A stretch of 64,000 nt of DNA from positions 372,001 to 436,000 of the forward strand of contig JASTWF010000354.1 of assembly GCA_030390025.1 (NCBI GenBank), in the 5' to 3' direction. Source of the DNA: Squalus acanthias (lineage: Eukaryota). This document shows positions 37,227 to 46,694 of the stretch, piece after piece. Position 1 is the stretch's first letter, and each line of letters opens with the position of its first letter. The position numbers and the translations under genes are program-made. Under the pieces are notes generated by a model. That model did not search any database. It saw only the letters and a list, made by a program, of their open reading frames with translations, and had not been told where the DNA came from.

Positions 37227-38376
37227 GGGTTAATATCCAGGGGTTAATATCCAGAGGTTAATATCCAGAGGTTAATATCCAGGGGTGAATAACCAGGGGT
37301 TAATATCCAGTGGTTAATATCCATGAGATAATATCCAGGGGTTAATATCTAGGGGTGAATATCCAGAGGTTAATATCCAGAGGTTAATATCCAGGGGTTA
37401 ATATCCAGAGGTTAATATCCATGAGATAATATCCAGGGGTTGATATCCAGGGGTTAATATCCAGGGTTTAGTATCCAGGGTTTGATATCCAGGGGTTGAT
37501 ATCCAGTGGTTAATATCCAGGGGTAAATATCCAGGGGTTAATATCCAGGGGTTGATATCCAGGGGATAATATCCAGGGGTTAATATCCAGGGGTTAATAT
37601 CCAGTGTTTGATATCCAGGGGTTGATATCCAGTGGTTAATATCCAGGGGTTAGTATCGAGGGGTTAATATCCAGGGGTTAATATCCAGGGGTTAATATCC
37701 AGGGGTTAATAACCAAGGTTTAATATCCAGGGGTTGATATCCAGGGGTTAATATCCAGGGGTTAGTATCCAGGGGTTGATATCCAGTGGTTAATATCCAG
37801 GGGTTAGTATCGAGGGGTTAGTATCCAGGGGTTAATATCCAGGGGTTAATATCCAGGGGTTAATAACCAAGGTTTGATATCCAGGGGTTGATATCCAGGG
37901 GTTAATATCCAGGGGTTAATATCCAGGGGTTAGTATCCAGGGGTTGATATCCAGTGGTTAATATCCAGGGGTTAGTATCGAGGGGTTAGTATCCAGGGGT
38001 TAATATCCAGGGGTTAATATCCAGGGGTTAATATCCAGGGGTTAATAACCAAGGTTTAATATCCAGGGGTTGATATCCAGGAGTTAATATCCAGGGGTTA
38101 TTATCCAGGGTTTGATATCTCGGGGTTATTTTCCACAGGTTAATATCCAGGGGTTAATATCTAGGGGTTAATTTCCAGAGGTTAATATCTAGGGATGAAT
38201 ATCCAGGGGTTAATATCCACTGTTTAATATCTGGAGGATTAATATTCATGGGTTAACATTCAGGTGTTAATATCCAGGGATTAATATCCAGGGATTAATA
38301 TCTCTGGGGTCAATATCTAGGGGTTAATATTCAAGGGTTAATAACCATGGGTTAATATTCATGTGTTAATATCCAC
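37227..38376. repeat. 14-bp minisatellite GGGGTTAATATCCA (~80 units)
   Basis: Direct periodicity with degenerate edges. Confidence 0.96.
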
Positions 38377-38431
38377 TGTCTTTCTGTTACACACCATTAA
38401 TCAATGGTTAGGCCTCAGCTGGAGTATTGCC

Positions 38432-38760
38432 ACAGAGTCATAGAGTCATAATGGCACAGAAGGAGGCCATTCGGCCCATCAAGTCTGTGCCGGCTCTCTG
38501 TAGAGCAATCCAGTCAGTCCCATTCCCCCGCTCTATCCCTGTAGCCCTGCAAGTTTATTTCCCTCAAGTGCCTATCCAGTCTCCCCTTGAAAACATTGAG
38601 TGTCTCCGCTTCCACCACTTCCGTCGGCAGCAAGTTTCAGGTCCTCACCACTCACTGCGTAAAAAAGTTTTTCCTCACTTCTCCCCTGTATCTCTTGCCC
38701 AAAACCTTAAATCTGTGTCCCCTAGTCCTTGTACCATCAACCAGTGGGAACAGCCTTTCC
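38432..38760 (-). mobile_element. CR1 3' fragment, same subfamily as 7623-10410
   Basis: Near-identical reverse complement of ~10075-10400. Confidence 0.9.
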
Positions 38761-39327
38761 CCGGGTGTTAAGCGTTGATTCCTTCATCTTCCAGCCCTCA
38801 CCAGCTACATTATTCCCTCTCAAGGTGACTGATTTAATTTGCGATTATAACAGCCTTGGGTTGAGATGTTTTGACTGCAATGATTTTCTGTCCTTGTCGC
38901 TCAGTGTCTGAAGCCCAGGACTGGGGACGAGCTTGTTGGTCTGCCTGGTGTCAGAGTGTGGAGTGAGGTGAAGGGTTAAGGATGAGTTTGAGCTGACAGT
39001 AATGGGACGGAGAGCAGGACTTTGCTCAGCTCAGTGCAGGAGTCAGTGGGCTGGAGGTCAGCTCAATAAGAGGCTTCTCTTAAACAGTTCATCAAAAGGG
39101 AGAAAAGTTCCTTCTACAAACCCCGAGCTCTCGCAGACACTCACCTTCATGGGGCAAGAAGACATCAGCCAATGGGAATCCATCTGTTGCCCCATTGGAA
39201 GAGGAGCAGAGAGATCTCCCGGTGTCCTGGTCAATATTCCTCCCTCAACCAACTCAGAGTTTACATCGACCGAGTGCAATAATATGGAGGGTGAACAAAG
39301 GCAGCCTTGGAGTGTCACTGGCCCCTT

Positions 39328-39895
39328 CCGGGAATGTGAGTACAACAGATCTCCCTGTGGGCCCTACAACCCTCCGAGATCACTGCGCTCCTCCAACACC
39401 GGGAATGTGAGGACAACAGATCTCCCTGTGGGCCCTACACCCTCCGAGATCACTGTGCTCCTCCAACACCGGGAATGTGAGGACAACAGATCTCCCTGTG
39501 GGCCCTACAACACTCCGAGATCACTGCGCTCCCCCAACACCGGGAATGTGAGGAACAACAGATCTCCCTGTGGGCCCTACACCCTCCGAGATCTCTGCGC
39601 TCCTCCAACTCTGGCCTCTTGTCCATCCCCCACTCCCTTCACCACACCATTGGCGGCCGTGCCTTCAGCTGCCTGGGCCCTAAGCTCTGGAATTCTCTCC
39701 CTAAACCTCTCCACCTCTCTCTCCTCCTTTAAGACCCTCCTTAAAACCTCCCTCTTTGACCAAGCTTTTGGTCACCTGTCCTAATATCTCCTTATATGGC
39801 TCGGTGTCAATTTTGGTCAGATTAAGCTGCTGTGAAGCACCTTGGGATGTTTTCCTACACTAAAGGCGCTATATAAATGCAGGTTTTTGTTGTTT
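39328..39895 (+). mobile_element. L2 3' fragment whose 5' junction is tandemly repeated (~70 bp x4)
   Basis: GGGAATGTGAG...CCCTACAACCCTCCGAGATCACTGCGCTCCTCCAACACC repeated, then a normal L2 end and GTT tail. Confidence 0.85.
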
Positions 39896-40227
39896 GATCA
39901 TGTCCTATAATCGAGTTGCACACATGAACCATCCAATCCACGAGAGACGGTAATAAACAGACCAATAAATATCTGAGCCCGAGATTCCGGAGTCAGGGTT
40001 TCATTCCATTCATCCTCTTTATCCCCTTCAATCTTTCACAGAGATATTTACTCCATTCTCTCTTTATTTGAATCTCCCTGAGGATTGAGGCTCAGATTAT
40101 GTTAGTTAATCGCTGCCTTCCATTTCATTTCCTTTAATCCCCCCTATATTTCACCCCAACCTCATTGGTGAAATATCGAATATTAATAAACCCGGCTCAC
40201 CATCAGTCTCGCTCTTTGCTGTCAGTA

Positions 40228-40405
40228 CATAGGAACATGGGAACAGGAGGAGGCCATTCAGACCCTTACTAACATGGACAACTTCTCAAGCATGTTCGTC
40301 CATTCAGTGAGATCATGGCTGATCTGTATCCTAACTCCATTTACCCGCCTTGGCTCCATATCCCTTAATACCCTTGGCTAGGAACAATGTATCCATCTCA
40401 GATTG
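40228..40405 (-). mobile_element. CR1 3' fragment
   Basis: Reverse of the 3' end seen at 14000-14140. Confidence 0.75.
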
Positions 40406-40939
40406 AACGCGATGAACTTCCCAATTTTGTGGCCTGTATCTTTAGTCATCCAGGGAGCTGTAGCTATGGATGCACTTCCTTTCCCCCTTGTTGGAATGTG
40501 CCTACTCTGTACCCAAACGATCTCCTCTCTAGAATTGAGGGAGGACATTGTGGAGTTACTGGCCATAATATTCCAATGCTCATTAGATACGGTGGTGGTG
40601 CCAGAGGACTGGAGAATTGCAAATGTTACACCATTGTTCAAAATAGGGTGTAAAGATAAACCCAGCAACTGCAGGCCAGTCAATTTGACCTCGGTAGTGG
40701 GGAAGCTTTAAGAAAGAGTAATCAGGGACAAAATTAACAGTCACTTCGACAAGTGTGGATTAATTAAGGAAAGCCAGCACGGATTTGTTAAAGGCAAATC
40801 GTGTTTAACGAACTTGATTGAGATATTTAATGAGCGAACAGAGAGGGTTGATGAGGGCGCTGCGGTTGACGTAGTGTACATGGATTTCCAAAAGGCGTTC
40901 GACAAAGTGCCACATAATAGGCTTGCCAACAAAGTTGAA

Positions 40940-41132
40940 TGTGAGAAGTCGCACAACACCAGGTTATAGTCCAACAGCTTTATTTGAAATCACAAGCTTT
41001 CGGAGCGCTGCTCCTTCGTCAGCAGCGTCCGAAAGCTTGTGATTTCAAATAAAGCTGTTGGACTATAACCTGGTGTTGTGCGACTTCTCACATTTGTCCA
41101 CCCCAGTCCAACACCGGCATCTCCACATCATG
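40940..41132. mobile_element. Palindromic non-autonomous Penelope-type (inverted pLTR) insertion
   Basis: Perfect 67-bp inverted arms (40938-41004 and 41028-41094); 15-bp TSD GC(C/T)AACAAAGTTGAA; hammerhead core in the centre. Confidence 0.85.
40993..41022 (-). ncRNA. Minimal hammerhead ribozyme core (probably disabled)
   Basis: Minus strand CUGACGA-A-GGAGC-AGC-GCUCC-GAAA-GCUU gives CUGANGA, helix II, GAAA and a palindromic AAGCUU. Confidence 0.75.
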
Positions 41133-42354
41133 GCTAACAAAGTTGAAGCCCATGGAATAAAAGGTTCAGTGGGAGCCTGGATACGGAATTGGCTAAGAGA
41201 TAGGATCAGAGAGTAGTGGTGAACGGTTGTTTTTCAGACTGGAGGAAGGTATAGAGTCATGTTCCCCAGGGGTCAGTTCTAGGAACACTGCTTTTCTTGA
41301 TATATATTAATGACTTGGACGTGGGTGTACAGGGCACAATTTAAAAATTTACAGATGACACTAAACTTGGAAGTACAGGGAACAGTGAGGAGGAGAGTGA
41401 TAGACTTCAGGAAGACATAGACAGGCTGGTGAAATGGGCGGACACGTGGCAGATGAAATTTAATGCAGGAAAGTGTGAAGTGATACATTTTGGTAGAAAG
41501 AATGAGGAAAGGACATATAAACTAAATGGTACAATGCTGAAAGGGGTGCACGAACAGAGAGACCTGGGGGTATGTGTGCGTTGAAGGTGGCAGGGCAGGT
41601 TGAGAAAGCAGTTAAAAAGGCTTACGGGATCCTGGGCTTCATAAATAGAGGTATAGAGTACAAAAGTGTGGAAATTATGATGAACCTGTATAAAACACTG
41701 ATTTGGCCCCAACTGGAGTACTGTGTCCAATTCTGGACACCACACTTCAGGAAGGATGTGACGGCCTTAGAGAGGGTGCAGAAAAGATTTACGAGAATGA
41801 TTCCAGGAATGAGGGACTTCAGTTACGTTGATAGACTGGAGAAGCTGGGGTTGTTCTCCTTGGAGCAGAGAAGATTGAGAGGAGATTTGATAGAGGTGTT
41901 CAAAATCATGAGGGGTCTGGACAGAGTAGATAGAGAGAAACTGTTCCCATTGGCAGAAGGGTCGAGAACCAGAGGACACAGAGTTAAGGTGATTGGCAGA
42001 AGAACCAAAGGCAACGTAAGAAAAAACTTTTTTACGCAGCGAGTGGTGAGGATCTGGAATGCACGGCCTGAAAGGGTGGTGGAGGCAGATTCAATCGTGG
42101 CTTTCAAAAGGGAGCTGGATAAGTATCTGACGGAAAGAAAATTGCAGGGGTACGGGGATAGGGCGGGGGAGTGGGACTAGCTGAAGTGCTCTTGCAGAGA
42201 GCCGGCACGGGCTCGATGGGCTGAATGGCCTCCTTCCATGCTGTAACCATTCTATGATTCTTTGATTCTATAAAATTATTAATTGAGGTAGCATCTACTG
42301 CTTTTTGTGGGAGAGAGTTCCACACTTCTACCACCCTTTGTGTTAAGAAGTGTT

Positions 42355-43100
42355 AGAAGCATAGAAGATAGGAGCAGGAGTAGGCCATTCGGCCCTTCGA
42401 GCCTGCTCCGCCATTTAATCCAATCATGGCTGATCATCCAAATTCAGTACCCTGGCCCTGCTTTCTCCCCATATCCTTTGATCCCTTTAGCCTTAAGAAA
42501 TATATCTATCTCCTTCTTGAATATATTTGATGAATTGTCCTCAACTGCCTTCTGTGGTAGAGAATTCCACAGGTTCACCACTCTCTGGGTGAAGAAATTC
42601 CTCCTCATCTCAGTCCTAAATGGCTTACACCTTATACTTAGACTGTGACCTCTGGTTCTGGACTCCCCAGACATCGGGAACATCCTTCCTGCATCTAGTC
42701 TGTCTAGTCCTGTTAGAATTTTATAAGTTTCAATGAGATCCCCTCTTATTCTTCTAAACTCTAGCGAATATAAGCCCAATCGATCCAATCTCTCTTCATA
42801 CGTCATTCCTGCCATCCCAGGTATCAGTCTGGTAAATCTTCACTGCACTCCCTCCATGGCAAGAACATCCTTCCTCAGATAAGGCGGCCAAAACTGCACA
42901 CAATACTCAAGGTGTGGTCTCACCAAGGCCCTGTATAACTGCAGCAAGACATCCTTGCTCCTGTACTCGAATCTTCTCGCTATGAAGGCCAACATACCAT
43001 TTGCCTTCTTAACCGCCTGCTGCACCCTAAGATGTAGATTATCAGGCCCTGGGGATTTATCGGCCTTCAATCCCGTCAATTTCCCTAACACCGTTTCCTA
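42355..43100 (-). mobile_element. CR1 copy with an internal deletion, same subfamily as 1060-6185
   Basis: LKADKSPGPDNLHLR fused directly to VQQAVKKANG; continues to the 3'UTR and tail. Confidence 0.9.
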
Positions 43101-43804
43101 ACTTCTCTCCTGAATGGCCTGGCTCTGATTTTAAGGTTATCTCCCCTTGTCCTAGACTCACCCACCAGCGGAAAAAGTTTCTCTCCATCTACCCTCTCAG
43201 TTGAAAGTACTGGCGGAGAGTGATGTCAGCTCCCAGTCTCCCCCTCCTACTGTTCCAGAAGGTGTCCTTGTTAGTCAGGAGCTCTCAATTCACTTGGTTT
43301 CAATCCTTAGCTTCAGATCTTCCATGAATAGATTGAGCGGAGGTTGGATTCTCTCGGAGGTATCGCACAGGCTGAATATACATTTGTGTCTCAGTCACTG
43401 AGACTGGTTTCATTTATTAGCCCCGTTTACACCACACTGACCCCTGACCCCGGCCATCGGCTAATTAGGCTGCGAGGATAAAATAGCAGCTTGGAGTTAC
43501 TCGAAACGTTAAACTCTGTGTCTGGAACATTTACAGGAGCAATCTTTCTATCCGGGCTCCCTCCGTGACCAAGGTATTAAAGCGCCATCATTTCTGAATG
43601 TCTGATCTGTAATCTGAGCATGTTAGGACACTGGAGAGAGGAGAGAGCTTTGTTTCTGTGTCTACAAAGAACTTTATCATCCTCCCTCTACAGAACCTGG
43701 CAACGGAATCTTTTACTGAGAGAGATTTAGCATCGACTGCTGGAAAGGGAGAGGTTTTGATCTCAGATACTTTGTTGAAAGGAGCTCCTGTAGAATCATG
43801 AGAA

Positions 43805-44460
43805 GGAAAGAAAGATTGAAAGGACTTGCATTTCTGTAGCGCCTTTCACAAACTCAGGACATCCCAAAGCGCTTCACAGACAATGAAGGACTTTTAAAGT
43901 GTAGTCACTGTTGGAATGCAGGAAATGCGATCGCCATTCTGCACACAGCAAGCTCGCAAAACTGCACTGTGACAATCGGCATATAATCGGTTTCAGTGAT
44001 GTTGGTTGAGGGATAAATATTGGCCATGAGACCGGGAGATCATCCCTGCTCTTCTTCGAATAGTGCAGTGGGATCTTTTACGACTAACTGAGAGGGCAGA
44101 TGTAACCTCGGTTTAACCCTCTGACAGTGCAGCGCTCCCTCAGTACTGCCCCTCTGACAGTGCAGTGCTCCCTCAGTACTGCCGCTCCGACAGTGCAGCA
44201 CTCCCTCAGTATTGCCCCCTCCGACAGTGCAGCACTCCTTCAGTACTGCCCCTCCGACAGTGCAGCACTCCCTCAGTACTGCCCCTCCGACAGTGCAGCA
44301 CTCCCTCAGTACTGCCTCTCTGACAGTGCAGCACTCCCACAGGACTGCACTGGGACTGTCAGCCTGGATTATGGGCTCGAGTCTCTGGAGCGGAACTTGA
44401 ATCCCATGACCTTCTGACGTAGAGACGAGAGTGCTGCCCACTGAGCCATGGCTGAGACAC
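43805..44460 (-). mobile_element. Near-complete Deu-SINE with tRNA-like head and ~7 internal 33-bp units (44118-44345)
   Basis: Minus-strand head CAGCCATGGCTCAGTGGGCAGCAC...GGGATTCAAGTTCC (A and B boxes), body, and an L2-type tail. Confidence 0.88.
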
Positions 44461-45240
44461 GTATCCAGAGTACGGAGCTAAGATGTGTGAATGGGTTTGA
44501 GATACAGATCAGTCATGATCGAATTGAATGGCGGATCAGGCTCGACGGGCTGAATGTCCTCCTCCTGTTCCGACATCATCCTCCCCACCTGTCACCTCAG
44601 ACCAATGGGATTTGGATAAATATTTGAAAAGATAATGTTTGCCGAGCTATGGGGAAAGAGCGGGAGACAGGGAATAATTGGAGAGCTCTTTCAAAGAGCC
44701 AGCACAGGCACGATGGGCCGAATGGCCTCCTTCTGTGCTGTGAGATTCTCTGAACAGCTGCAGCAGCTCCGATTAATTCCGTGTTTCCCAGAATTTCTGC
44801 TTTTCCAGGTTATTAAAGAGACCCGTCCTACAGCAATCCCACCCTCTGGGCTGCTGGGAATCACTGAGCATTCCTAATAACAGGATCCCAACTCAATGCC
44901 TGTCACAGGAAGTCGAAGGTTTCAGCCAATTACCTGCCACTGGACAACTGACCAATCGGGTTCAATTCCCCAACACGGGTTTATTATAAATAAATCATTG
45001 CTCAAACATCAGGAGTGGGGAATGTTCTCCATGGGTGAAGATAATGTTCCCGGAAGGAAAACTATGCGTCTGTCGCTCAATCAGACCCTTATTTCCATTT
45101 ACAAGCGCACTCTGCTCAACTCTGGGTCTCGTTCTGTCTTCCTATTGATTTGTGTTTAAGTGGGAATTGGTTTTCAGCTTTTAATCTTCAAATGAACCTT
45201 CCCTCTCACACATGCTGAGGAGGCAATAATGTTCTGCGAG

Positions 45241-46444
45241 CTAATTGAGAAATGGATTGCCTTCTTTCTCGTTCCACATTGCCCAGGATTTATATTGTGG
45301 AACAGTTGCCAATCGTTCTGGTGTTAAGGAACCTGGCTGAGGTTTGGATCTGGTTATCGTGCAGTGTTCAACCCAGACTTCAATAGTCTTTTGTGTGTCA
45401 GCCGTGGCTCAGTGTTTGCACACACACACAAACAAGCTCATGGTCTACCGAGTAGTAGTGATACCCGCCCTCCTGTATGCCTCAGAGACATGGACCATGT
45501 ACAGCAGGCACCTCAAAGCACTGGAGAGGTACCACCAATGCTGCCTCCGCAAGATCCTACAAATCGATTGGCAGGATAGACGCACCAACGTCAGTGTTCT
45601 CGCTCAGGCCAACATCGCCAGCATCAAAGCTTTGACCACAATCGATCAGCTCCGACAGACGGGTCACATCGTCAGCATGCCCGATACGAGACTCCCAAAA
45701 CAAGCGCTCTGCTCGGAGCTCCGACACGGCAAGAGAGCCCCAGGTGGGCAGAGGAAACGCTTCAAGGACACCCTCAAAGTCTCATTGAAAAAGTGCAACA
45801 TCCGACACCTGAGAATCCCTGGCCCAAGACTGCACAAAGTGGAGGAGAAGCATCCGGGAAGGCGCCGAACACCTCGAGTCTCTTCGCTGGGAGCAAGCGG
45901 AAGCCAAACACAAGCAGCGCAAGGAGCGCACGTCAACCCAAGCACCCCACCCACCCGCCCCTTCAACCACCGTCTGCCCCACCTGTGACAGAATCTGTAG
46001 ATCCCGCATTGGACTCATCAGTCACCTGAGAACTCATTTTTAGTGTGAAAGCAAGTCATCCTCGGTTCTGAGGTACTGCCCAAGAGAAGAGTGGTTGCAC
46101 ATGAGCCCCTTTCACCAGCTCAGGACGTCCCAAAGAGCTTTACAGCCAATGAAGTACTTCTGAAGCAACGAGGAACAATTTGCAGGGCTGTGGGGAAAGA
46201 GCAGGGAGTGGGACTAATTGGAGAGCTCTTTCAAAGTGACGGCACAGGCACGATGGGCCGAATGGCCTCCTCCTGTGCTGTCTGATTCTATAATGTTTAT
46301 CCAGACCTTTAAAGACTTGTATCAGATCATCTCTCAGTCTGATTCTCTCCAGCAAAAGTAAATTCTTCCTAATTTAAGAAATCTCTTTTCAGTACTTTTC
46401 ATTCATGAATTAATTTTATAATAAATATAATAAGAATAAAATGT
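45241..46444 (+). repeat. Local duplication copy A (paralog of 49953-50475)
   Basis: Shared unique sequence CTAATTGAGAAATGG...AAGAATAAAATGT; this copy carries an extra RTE insertion. Confidence 0.93.
45423..46089 (+). mobile_element. RTE-clade LINE 3' fragment
   Basis: KLMVYRVVVIPALLYASETWT...LRKILQIDWQDRRTN...RLPKQAL...GGQRKRFKDTLK; AAG tail; 12-bp TSD AGTG(T/G)TTGCACA. Confidence 0.92.
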
Positions 46445-46694
46445 CAACAAAAGAAAGGAGGTGGGGTGGCAGTATTGGTTATGGAAAATGTTACAGTGCT
46501 GGAGAGAGAGGATATCCTGGAGGGGTCAATGACAGAATCTATTTGGTTAGAGTTAAGAAATAATAGAGGTGCCATTACACTACTTGGTGTATTCTATAGG
46601 CTGCCAACTAGTGGGAGGATATAGAGGAGCAAATTTGCTGGGAAATTACAGAGAGGTTCAAGAATATAGAGGAGTGATAATGGAGGACTTAGTT

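Larger units (their letters stand above)
40420..42268 (+). mobile_element. 5'-truncated CR1 with an inverted 5' piece (~40420-40535)
   Basis: Forward VVPEDWRIANVTPLFK through RT to the GATTCT tail; the minus-strand piece reads VQSRHIPTRGKG...APWMTKD. Confidence 0.88.

Noticed and set aside
43498..43522. Second hammerhead (CTCGAAACGTTAA)
   Set aside because: Only a GAAACGUU half is present with no upstream CUGANGA; at most a remnant.
44385..44460. tRNA gene (also 17215-17262 and 55160-55225)
   Set aside because: A/B-box-like motifs are SINE heads continuous with SINE bodies or cut by the gap; no complete cloverleaf.
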